A stretch of DNA of 32,000 nucleotides from Gemmata obscuriglobus (GCF_008065095.1 NZ_CP042911.1:8460001-8492000), one strand, 5' to 3'. Shown: positions 24,019-31,480, numbered from the stretch's first letter. Notes: generated by a model from the sequence alone, not told the origin. Made by a program: numbers and translations.

Positions 24019-24127
24019 TTCCGGTCAATATACGCCGTAGCAAAATGTGCGGATTGTAGACGCGAAGATTGAGAGGCGGTACAGTCACAATCTTGGCCCT
24101 GGCGCGGGTGCGCCGGGAAGGGTGCCT

Positions 24128-24430
24128 ATGAGTGCGGTAAATACGATGGCGAAGGGAAAGAACAGTGGCGGCAAGCCCACGCCGCCGCCACCCGACCAGC
24201 AATCCTCGCGAGCGCCAGAGGGCGCCGGCGAGGCAGAAGAAAAGAAGGCGTACACCACTCTGCGGGTGCTGATTCCTGACGCGGAAGATATCGCCGAACT
24301 CGCAGACCGCCTCGGTATGAATGTCGCCGAGACTTACAAAAAGCACGCTCGCCCTATTGTAAGAAAGTTGCTTATCGATTTGGCTAAGAAGCGGCTGAAA
24401 GAGTTGGAGGAACGGCCAGATGATGAGTGA
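24128..24430 (+). CDS. Candidate prophage repressor / small DNA-binding protein (100 aa); the only plus-strand gene in the prophage
   Basis: It is divergent from the early operon. It has a disordered K/P/G/E-rich N-terminus and then …KAYTTLRVLIPDAEDIAELADRLGMNVAETYKKHARPIVRKLLIDLAKKRLKELEE, a strand plus helices that looks RHH-like. The start may be the ATG at 24128 or at 24146. The repressor role is inferred from position only. Confidence 0.5.
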   Translation: MSAVNTMAKGKNSGGKPTPPPPDQQSSRAPEGAGEAEEKKAYTTLRVLIPDAEDIAELADRLGMNVAETYKKHARPIVRKLLIDLAKKRLKELEERPDDE

Positions 24431-24480
24431 CGGCCACAAGCCTGACCGTCATGCCATGCGGAACCTGTTTGCGGCCGAGA

Positions 24481-24855
24481 TTAGCAGGCGCGAGCTGGCG
24501 TTTCTTCTTCTGGGATGCGAGTCAACCCGTGCGGCACGTCTATGACCTCGATTAGCTGCCGGTCCCGACCGCGCACGGTCAGGCAGAACGCATCCTCGCT
24601 GGTGGGGTCGAAGTCGCACAAGTTCTCGGTACTCTCCGCCAAGACCTCTGCGCGCCCGTCTGGGGCCGTGTAGATCAGCTGAAGGAGTCCCCCTTCAGGT
24701 ACGGCGACGTTGCCACCTCTGCTGGTAGATCCTTTCACCGCGCCTTCTCCGAAAGCCGTGCCTCGCGCACCAATCTGTTGCCGGTCTCCCGGGATGCGGT
24801 CGAACACGAGACCTGAGCACTGCGCGTCCATGCGGTGTATCCTCGATCCACACAT
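24481..24855 (-). CDS. Hypothetical moron protein (124 aa; alternative ATG at 24831)
   Basis: ORF with visibly lower GC than its neighbours, lying between integrase and switch, with its own upstream region (24856-24960). No family was recognised. Confidence 0.5.
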   Translation of the reverse strand: MCGSRIHRMDAQCSGLVFDRIPGDRQQIGARGTAFGEGAVKGSTSRGGNVAVPEGGLLQLIYTAPDGRAEVLAESTENLCDFDPTSEDAFCLTVRGRDRQLIEVIDVPHGLTRIPEEETPARAC

Positions 24856-24960
24856 AGCACCGACCCAAAGACCCCCACAGGAAATTATTGACTGATTTCC
24901 GTGCGCGTTAGTTCACAAAACCTGACTTTTTGTTCACTGCGCATGTGGTGCCTTTGGGAA

Positions 24961-25009
24961 CGCAAAACACCCCCGCACTCCGAGAATTATGCCTGGAGTG
25001 TGGGGGTGT
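24961..25009 (-). terminator. Intrinsic terminator downstream of the integrase gene
   Basis: The minus strand forms a 15-bp stem with 14 pairs (24995-25009 with 24967-24981) and a 13-nt loop. The stem is followed by UUUUGCGUU (complement of 24959-24967). Confidence 0.65.
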
Positions 25010-25103
25010 CGAAAGGCTGGAGGGCACAAAGGCGCTGACGATTTTGACGATTCCGCGGGGCGCGCTGTAAATTCCGCGGGTTCTGCCGGATGCGCTGCGC
25101 TAC

Positions 25104-26306
25104 TCAGCCTATCTTGCGCGCGATTGCTGAAGCGAGCTCTAGGTTGCGTTCCGCGTACACCTGAGTGACGTCGGCTTTTGAGTGGCCGAGCAGTACCTGG
25201 GCGGCCTCCAACCCGAAGATTCTCCGGATCTCGGTGCCGTAAGTGTGCCGCAGTTGGTTCGGGTGCCAGTGTGGCACACCGGCCTTTATGCACGCCGCAC
25301 GCACCGACTTTCCGTAGGTGTGTCGGGTGTAGATCTCCGGCGTCTTGTGCTTCAGCTCCGCAGGCTTCTTCTTCCGGCTCTCTTGCGACGGCTGCACCTT
25401 CGTTTTGCGTTTCGCGCGCAGGGCAGCATACCGCTCAGCTTTGGCCCGCACGGGACTGAATACCACGTCGTCCGGTTGCAGTTTGTCGAGGATCGGCCCG
25501 AGGATTTCGGCGGCTTCCGGCCCAAAGAGGATTGTTCTGGTGGCCCCCTTGTAATCGGTCTTATGCCGCGGCGGCCGGTACACCCACGGCAGCGCAGTGC
25601 GATCGACCTGGCCGGCGCGCATCCGTTGCACGTCCTGGGGCCGGCACCCACTCAACCGCTGCACGAGAGCCATCGCGCGCACCGTCGGATTGAGGAACGG
25701 CAGGGCCGCCCCGACGTGCAAATCGAGAACAGGGCCGACGGGCTCGGACTCGCGTACTTTGGTGCGCCCGAGTTCAAGGCCAGCGACTGTGGTGAGCGCG
25801 GTGTACGTCGTGATCGGCACAAGTTCCTCAGATGCGGCCCACTTGAACACACGCCGCACGCGGTTCGCGCGTGCGTTGATAGTGCCGCGACACAGATCCA
25901 ATTCCGGACTCATCCACTTTTTGCGCACCGCCTTCAGCGCGAGCGGGCCGAACTCGACGGCTGGCTTGTGGCCGTACAGCTCGAGAACCTCCGCCAGCGA
26001 CTCCTTCAGCCACCGGATTTCGCTGGTCGGGTTCCCGTCGCGGTCACGGTAGTGCTCTTTAGCGTGCCCCCAGAATGCAAGCACCATTTCGGCTACCGTC
26101 AGCGAGCGGGGAGACTTGGTCGTGGGAGCGGCTGCCACGGCCGGGGCCTGCGCCGCCAGTTCCGCCAGGACGCGTTCGTATTCCTTTTTCGATTCCGCGG
26201 AGCCGTATGGTCCGAGGTAAACGTCTCGCCCGGCAACGCGAACACGGGCCTGTCCTGACGGTTTGTGGAGGAGGTACTTCGGAACGGGGTTTCGTGGGCG
26301 CGCCAT
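25104..26306 (-). CDS. int: Tyrosine recombinase / phage integrase (400 aa)
   Basis: C-terminal catalytic motifs …HPNQLRHTYGTEIRR…LLGHSKADVTQVYAE (H-x-x-R, then GH…Y). The N-terminus has an arm-binding-like pattern (KPSGQARVRVAGRDVYLGPYGS). It is adjacent to the tRNA 3' end. Confidence 0.9.
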   Translation of the reverse strand: MARPRNPVPKYLLHKPSGQARVRVAGRDVYLGPYGSAESKKEYERVLAELAAQAPAVAAAPTTKSPRSLTVAEMVLAFWGHAKEHYRDRDGNPTSEIRWLKESLAEVLELYGHKPAVEFGPLALKAVRKKWMSPELDLCRGTINARANRVRRVFKWAASEELVPITTYTALTTVAGLELGRTKVRESEPVGPVLDLHVGAALPFLNPTVRAMALVQRLSGCRPQDVQRMRAGQVDRTALPWVYRPPRHKTDYKGATRTILFGPEAAEILGPILDKLQPDDVVFSPVRAKAERYAALRAKRKTKVQPSQESRKKKPAELKHKTPEIYTRHTYGKSVRAACIKAGVPHWHPNQLRHTYGTEIRRIFGLEAAQVLLGHSKADVTQVYAERNLELASAIARKIG

Positions 26307-26343
26307 TCGTGACCTCGGGTTTCGTGGTAGCTTACCACGAAAC
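26287..26343. promoter_or_regulatory. Three copies of GTTTCGTGG / CCACGAAAC around the integrase start (candidate arm-type or operator sites)
   Basis: GGGTTTCGTGG occurs at 26287-26297 (inside int codons 4-7) and at 26317-26327, 30 bp apart. The inverted copy CCACGAAAC is at 26335-26343. The last two form an 11-bp palindrome, gtttcgtggta-gct-taccacgaaac. Confidence 0.55.
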
Positions 26344-26414
26344 TAGACAAATCACGACGGTACTACAAGTTCAGAAGTGACGGAAATCGACAGGGAAACC
26401 AAGCATTCGGCGAA

Positions 26415-26486
26415 TAGGTCGGGTGGGAATCGAACCCACGGTTGCGCGCTCATCAGACGCGTGCCTTACCACTTGGCTACCGACCT
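26415..26486 (-). tRNA. tRNA; hand fold gives anticodon GAU (Ile), isotype uncertain
   Basis: Cloverleaf on the minus strand: AGGTCGG-TA-GCCAAGTGGTAAGGC-A-CGCGT-CTGATGA-GCGCG-CAACC-GTGGG-TTCGATT-CCCAC-CCGACCT-A. It has a 7-bp acceptor stem, a canonical T-arm, and no encoded CCA. G at position 37 and a Gln-type D-arm are atypical for Ile. Confidence 0.85.
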
Positions 26487-26501
26487 GTGTATCTCAACCG
26501 C

Positions 26502-27698
26502 ATGTCACGAACACTCACGGCCCGCTGGGTCTTCCCCGTGAGCGGCCCGCCGCTCGCGAACGGCACCGTCACAGTGACCGGCGACCGTATTAGCGCGGTG
26601 CTCACCCGCGGCGAGCGCTCCGCCGACGAGGACCTCGGAAACGTTGCGCTCGTCCCCGGTCTGGTGAACCCGCACACGCACCTCGACCTGAGCGGCGCGC
26701 GCGGGCTGATCCCGCCGACCGATCCCGACCACTTCACCGACTGGCTGAAGGGGGTGATCGCGTACCGGCGCACGCGAAGCACCGAACAAACGCAAGCGGA
26801 CATTCGCGCCGGTTTGGCCGAGTGCCTGAAACACGGCACCACCCTCGTCGGCGACATCGCGAGCGAGGGCGCGAGCTGGGACGCACTCGCACAAGCGCCG
26901 ACGCGGGCGGTTGTGTTCCGCGAACTCATCGGGCTCTCGGGCTCGCGCTTCACGGAAGCGCACGCCGCCCTCAATCGGTGGCGGAAGGATCACGTCACGC
27001 CGGCCACCTGCCGGGCGGCGGCCAGCCCGCACGCGGCTTACAGCGTGAGCGGCCCGCTCATCCGTCTCGTTGCCCACCAAGGGTGGACCATGACGGTTCA
27101 CCTCGCGGAATCACCCGCCGAGATGGAACTGCTCGAGCACCACTCCGGCCCGTTCCGCGACTTCCTGGCGTCCATGAACCTTTGGGAGCCGGGGCAGCTC
27201 GCCGATTCGCTCCGGTTCATCCTGTGGCGGACGCGGCGCGCGCCGCACGTCCTGTTCGCACACGGGAACTACTTGCCGCCGGACACCCGGCTCCGCGACA
27301 ACCAGTCCGTTGTTTACTGTCCGCGTACGCATGCCGCATTCGGCCACCCGCCGCACCCCTTCCGGGCGTTCCTCGCGCGGGGCGTCCGTGTGTGCCTCGG
27401 CACCGACGGGCTCGCCTCGAACCCGGATCTCGATGTCCTGAGCGAGGCGCGGTTCGTGCGGTCACGTTACCCAGACATTCCGGCGGCGCAACTGCTGCGG
27501 ATGGTCACACTCTCGGGAGCCGAAGCGCTCGGCTGGGCCGACGAAGCGGGCAGCCTCGAACCCGGCAAGAGTGCCGATCTCGTCGCCGTACCACTTCCGA
27601 ACACGGATCACGCCGACCCACATGAGCTGCTACTCGCGCAACACCCCGGCGAGCGCCGAACGATGTTCCGCGGCGCCTGGAGGTCGAGCACCCCGTGA
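26502..27698 (+). CDS. Amidohydrolase-family metallo-hydrolase (deaminase/chlorohydrolase-like), 398 aa
   Basis: The track ORF 26442..27698 is trimmed to the ATG at 26502, because its 5' extension overlaps the tRNA. It has an HxH metal motif (LVNPHTHLDLS) and later …VHLAES…, …FAHGNYL… and …LGTDGLASN… motifs typical of the superfamily. Confidence 0.8.
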   Translation: MSRTLTARWVFPVSGPPLANGTVTVTGDRISAVLTRGERSADEDLGNVALVPGLVNPHTHLDLSGARGLIPPTDPDHFTDWLKGVIAYRRTRSTEQTQADIRAGLAECLKHGTTLVGDIASEGASWDALAQAPTRAVVFRELIGLSGSRFTEAHAALNRWRKDHVTPATCRAAASPHAAYSVSGPLIRLVAHQGWTMTVHLAESPAEMELLEHHSGPFRDFLASMNLWEPGQLADSLRFILWRTRRAPHVLFAHGNYLPPDTRLRDNQSVVYCPRTHAAFGHPPHPFRAFLARGVRVCLGTDGLASNPDLDVLSEARFVRSRYPDIPAAQLLRMVTLSGAEALGWADEAGSLEPGKSADLVAVPLPNTDHADPHELLLAQHPGERRTMFRGAWRSSTP

Positions 27699-27758
27699 GG
27701 GCGGCGGCCGCACCTTGTCGCTTTGTGAGGCCGTTACAGGGCAGAACCGCGACCAAAG

Positions 27759-27827
27759 TACACCGTGCTGGAGTCGAACCAGCCAACCGGGTTTCGTAGA
27801 CCCAGCGCCGCAACCGTCGGACGGTGC
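27759..27827 (-). tRNA. tRNA-Arg(ACG)-like element with a shortened, non-canonical D-arm (possible pseudo-tRNA)
   Basis: Minus strand: GCACCGT-CCGACGGTTGCGGCGC-TGGGT-CTACGAA-ACCCG-GTTG-GCTGG-TTCGACT-CCAGC-ACGGTGT-A. The anticodon loop CTACGAA matches the E. coli tRNA-Arg(ACG) loop as recalled, and the T-arm is good. The 8-26 region is only 16 nt and lacks the usual D-arm sequence. Total length is 69 nt. Confidence 0.5.
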
Positions 27828-28019
27828 CTCTCGGGGCAGCACGAGCCCCGAACCGGTCGAGTTAGGGACAGCCGTTGGGAGGGGAGGTTCGTGCCCGGTG
27901 AGGATTTATTCCTGAACGGCTTCTACCGCCCGTGTGAAGGAACCCGCGCAAGCACTCACGACCGGTGCGTTTGAAGTACGAAACGGCTGGACGGACCCGG
28001 CCCGCCGAGGAGAATTCCC

Positions 28020-28271
28020 GTGCTCCGCAAGCTCGTACTGGTCTGGGTGATCGCAGCCGGCTCGGTTGGTGGATTCAGCGCGGCCGCGCAGCCGGCACAC
28101 GCCGGCGAGTCAGTAAAAGTTCAATTCCAGGTGCTTGTCCAAAACGGATCGGGCTGGCGTGTCTGTGGCACATACCCTGACCAGAGCGAAGCCCGGCGGA
28201 ATGCCCTTCGCCTGTGGCAGGAGGGAAATCGGGTACTGATTCAAGAGGTTGAGATCGGTCGCAAGAAGTGA
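28020..28271 (+). CDS. Small secreted protein (83 aa) with signal peptide
   Basis: GTG start with a GAGGAG SD. MLRKLVLVWVIAAGSVGGFSAAAQPAHA-GE is a classic signal peptide with an AxA cleavage site. Confidence 0.6.
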   Translation: MLRKLVLVWVIAAGSVGGFSAAAQPAHAGESVKVQFQVLVQNGSGWRVCGTYPDQSEARRNALRLWQEGNRVLIQEVEIGRKK

Positions 28272-28691
28272 ACGAAAAAAGGACCGGCAGCTAAATTACC
28301 GCACCGTCGCCCATTCAGTGCGATAACCGCTGCCGGCCCGAAGGAAGTATACGCACCTGTGTAGCTCATGTCACGTGCGGATTGCGGCAATTATTGATAA
28401 TCGATAAGCCCGTCAGGAAATCCGACACCTCTGCGGTAACAATTCGCGGCGGGGTCACAAACGTATTATCAGCGAACAAACAGGCGGAATCTCAAGCCTC
28501 GCAGAAGAACGTTTGCTAGTGTTTATCTGCCAAGACCACCTTTGCCACACGAAACACCGCTGCTCAGTTCCGGTTCGCCTTCGGAACCCCGCCTCGGGTC
28601 GGGTGAGGCCGTTCGACGCGCCCTCGCTTCTCCGCCCGGGCGGTCGCCCACCGCGGCCGTGATCCGTTCGCACCGCACACCCGAGGTTCCA

Positions 28692-28991
28692 ATGTCCCAG
28701 CAACCCAGCTCCGCGGCGCTGACCGAACGCGCGGGCGAACTCAAAGTGTGCCCATCACACGAGAAGAGCGGCTGGCGCGAGGAGGGGATTCGCGCGCGGG
28801 TGCTCGCGGCGCTCGGGCGCCCGGCGGGGCTGTTACAGGTGTCGGTTAAGAACCTTTGGGGCAACAACTTTCGGGTCAACGTGTGGGCCGGCGGGAGCGC
28901 TGGAGCCGCAATCCCCAACAGCTATTTCGTGACGGCCACCGAGGACGGAACGATCGTGCGGGCCGAGCCGCCCATTCAGCGGCAGTACTGA
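28692..28991 (+). CDS. Hypothetical protein (99 aa)
   Basis: The track ORF 28542..28991 is trimmed to the ATG at 28692 (MSQQPSSAALTERAGELKVCPSHEKSGWREEGIRARVLAALGRPAGLLQVSVKNLWGNNFRVNVWAGG…). The upstream codons are P/S/R-rich noise. Confidence 0.5.
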   Translation: MSQQPSSAALTERAGELKVCPSHEKSGWREEGIRARVLAALGRPAGLLQVSVKNLWGNNFRVNVWAGGSAGAAIPNSYFVTATEDGTIVRAEPPIQRQY

Positions 28992-29045
28992 TGCCAAATC
29001 CGACTGATCCGTAACTGCCGGTCGGAGCCGTGGTCCAGGTAAAGC

Positions 29046-30294
29046 CAGGGCCGTTCCTTATTTCATCTTGGCGCGAGTGGCCTGTTGGGTACATGGGGCA
29101 CTCATTCGACCCGAGGTGCCCGATGCCCGCGCGCTGGCAGTATGAGGAGTAGTCGACGGTCCCCAACCCGCGCGGGTTGCAGGGCCGGATCCACCCGCTG
29201 CCGGCGGTCCTCGGGTTGGTCGCGGTGGCGGTGCTGGTGTGCCGCACCGGGCTTCAGGGGATCGCCCGGTTCGGGCGCCAGTACGGGACCCCGTTGGCTC
29301 ACGCGCTGGGGTTCCGGCGGGGCCCGACGCCGTCCGCGTCGACCCTGTCCCAGACCTTGCGGCGGATCGACCCGCAGCAACTGGAGGCGGCCCTGGGCCG
29401 GTGGATCGCGGGCCGCCTGACCCCGGACGCCCGCGCGCATGTGGCCCTGGACGGCAAGTGCCTGCGCGGGAGCCGGGACGGGGACGTGCCGGGCCCGCAC
29501 CGGGTGGCCGCGTACGCCCCGCACGCCGCGGCGGTGCTCGGCCAGATCCGGGTGGACGCCCAGACGAACGAGCACCAGGCCGCCCTGGCGTTGCTCGGGA
29601 TCGTCCCGGTGGGCGGCTCGGTTTTGACCGGGGGTGCCACGTTCTGCCCGCGGGACGTGGCCGCGGCGGTGGTCGACGGCGGGGGCCATTACGTGCTCAC
29701 GGCCAAGGACAACCAACCCGGCCTGGTGGCCGACATCGAGGCCGGGTTGGGGTTCGAGGACGCCGCCCGAGGGCTCGCGGCGGCCACGTCCCCCTGAGCC
29801 GGTCCCGACGCCCGAGCAACTGGGGCGCCCGGCCACGTCGGTGGACCCGGGGCCCGGGCGGATCGAGACGCGGACCGTTCGGGCCACCCCGCTGCTGACG
29901 TGCCACGATCGGTGGACCGGATTGAAGCAAGGATTTCGGCTCACCCGCACCCGGACGGTGAAGGGTGTGACCACCGTGGAGGTGGTGCACGGGATCACCA
30001 GCCGGCCGGTCGAGCGGGCCGACGCGCGAGCACTTCTGGGCCTGGTGCGGTCCCATTGGCGCATCGAGAACCAACGCCACGACGTGCGCGATGTGACCTT
30101 GGGCGCGGATGCGTGCCGGGTCCGCAAGGGGGCCGCACCGCAGGTGCTCGCGGCCCTCCGCAACGCCGCCATTCACCTGCTCGCCACCGTACCCGCCGAC
30201 CGCACGCCCGAAGAACTCGAATGGCTCCAGCGACACCCCGAACACGCACACAACCTTATCGGCATCACCCAACGTGAATAACGGAATGGCCCTG
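29046..30294 (+). mobile_element. ISAs1-family insertion sequence, decayed (about 1.25 kb)
   Basis: Imperfect terminal inverted repeats: cagggccgttccttatt (29046-29062) against the reverse complement of aataacggaatggccctg (30277-30294). They match at 11 of 12 positions, then one indel, then 5 of 5. The transposase stop TAA lies inside the right repeat. Confidence 0.7.
29123..30281 (+). pseudogene. ISAs1-family DDE transposase pseudogene
   Basis: Family motifs are present: VPNPRGLQGRIHPLPAVLGLV, VALDGKCLRGS, YVLTAKDNQP, GRIETR and SHWRIENQRHDVRDV. Three lesions are visible: an in-frame TAG at 29150-29152 (codon 10 from the ATG at 29123); a frameshift between about 29770 and 29840 (ORFs 29177..29797 and 29634..30281 are in different frames); and the expected second catalytic D replaced by G (LTGGATFC). 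Confidence 0.75.
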
Positions 30295-30574
30295 CTGGGA
30301 ACCGGAGGACCGATAAACGGAAGCGCGGCGCGGCTGCGTAACTGTTACCCGCGGAGCGACCCGCGCTGTTGAGATGATCGGGTGGGCGCGCGTAAACTGG
30401 AGATGAGGCGGTGTCCGACAGACTTGGGGTGCGAACCTCGCTCCCCGGCCGCCCGTAGAAATAGAAGCCGGCTCGGTTGCCAATTCGCCGCCGGTAACAA
30501 TCCACCGCCCACCCGCAGCAGTGCCCCGCGAAACGGGGCCGGGCGGCTCACGCACCAAAGGAGGTTGCGCAGTT

Positions 30575-31480
30575 ATGTCCGTGCTCGGAAAGCGAATCGT
30601 GGCGGCCGGCGTGCTCGGCGCCGCCGCCCTGTCCGTCGGCATCGGGGTGTCGCTGTCGAACGCCGATGAGCCGAAGGCAACGAAGCCGCAGCCCGCTCCG
30701 CTCGTCGCCCCCGGCGAGTTCGGTCCAGCGCAGGACCAGTTACGGCGAGCGATGGAAGCGCTGGCCAAGGACCCGAACGACCCGGCCGCGCGGCAGTTGC
30801 TCGACGAGGCCTGGGGCCGGATGATGAAGGGGTTCCCTGCCGGACCCGGCGGGTTCCCCGGGCTCACGCCCCCCGCTCCCGCCACACGGCCGCGCCTGGG
30901 CGTCCAACTCGAGCCGCTGAGCCCAATCGTCCGCGATCAGCTCGGCCTGGATGCGGGCGTCGCCATCGCCGGCGTGCTGGAGGGCTCGGCAGCCGAGAAG
31001 GCCGGGTTCAAGGTGCACGACATCGTGGTCGAGTTCGCCGGCCAAGCGACACCCGACCCGGCGGATTTCATGCGGCGGGTGGGCGAGGCCAAGGCCGGCG
31101 AGAAGGTCGACGCGGTCGTCGTCCGTAAGGGCAAGAGGGTCGAGCTGAAAGGGATCGAGCTGCCCGCGGTGACGCAACAGCCCCGAGCGTTCGAGTTGCC
31201 GCTGAACCCCCGGGCGTCGGACAAGGGCCGGGCCGGGAACTCGGCCTCGGTGTCGGTGTCGGGTGACACGTTTACCATCGACGCGACCCAGGACGGCGTG
31301 TCCTACCTCATCACCGGTAAAGTTGGACCGGACGGGGTGACTGCCGAAAAGGTGAGCGTTAAGGCGGGTGACGAGGCGATCGAGGCGGCCGAACTCGGGA
31401 AGGTGCCCGAGAAGTACCGCTCGACCGTGGAGCGGCTGCTGAAGCTCGTCGGGAAGCCCCGCGGGAAGGTCATCGACTGA
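30575..31480 (+). CDS. Secreted PDZ domain protein (301 aa)
   Basis: ATG at 30575 with an AAAGGAGG SD and an N-terminal signal/anchor (MSVLGKRIVAAGVLGAAALSVGIGVSL). The PDZ-like core is …LGVQLEPLSPIVRDQLGLDAGVAIAGVLEGSAAEKAGFKVHDIVVEFAGQ…. Confidence 0.75.
   Translation: MSVLGKRIVAAGVLGAAALSVGIGVSLSNADEPKATKPQPAPLVAPGEFGPAQDQLRRAMEALAKDPNDPAARQLLDEAWGRMMKGFPAGPGGFPGLTPPAPATRPRLGVQLEPLSPIVRDQLGLDAGVAIAGVLEGSAAEKAGFKVHDIVVEFAGQATPDPADFMRRVGEAKAGEKVDAVVVRKGKRVELKGIELPAVTQQPRAFELPLNPRASDKGRAGNSASVSVSGDTFTIDATQDGVSYLITGKVGPDGVTAEKVSVKAGDEAIEAAELGKVPEKYRSTVERLLKLVGKPRGKVID

Larger units (their letters stand above)
1..26415. mobile_element. Tailed-phage prophage, partial (distal end lies beyond window position 1), integrated beside a tRNA gene
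   Basis: Colinear minus-strand modules run from the integrase (25104-26306, next to the tRNA 3' end at 26415), through switch, early, replication, packaging, head and tail genes. The tape-measure ORF is still open at position 1, so the second att site is not in the window. Confidence 0.9.

Noticed and set aside
23969-24439. Upstream part of the 239-aa minus-strand ORF 23720..24439
   Set aside because: It crosses the AT-rich switch region and is antisense to the plus-strand gene. Only the last 82 codons, with a GGAGGGG SD, are retained.
26451-26457. CUGAUGA, the hammerhead-ribozyme core motif
   Set aside because: It is simply the anticodon loop of a well-formed tRNA cloverleaf. No GAAA box or three-stem hammerhead arrangement surrounds it.
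26442-26501. 5' extension of the amidohydrolase ORF
   Set aside because: It overlaps the tRNA gene on the opposite strand. The ATG at 26502 begins the conserved sequence.
28283-28339. Inverted repeat gaccggcagc … gctgccggcc after the 83-aa gene as a terminator
   Set aside because: The 37-nt loop and the lack of a U-tract make an intrinsic terminator call unsafe.
29102-30172. 356-aa minus-strand ORF
   Set aside because: It is antisense to the ISAs1 transposase remnants, with no motifs and an Arg/Pro/Gly-rich translation.
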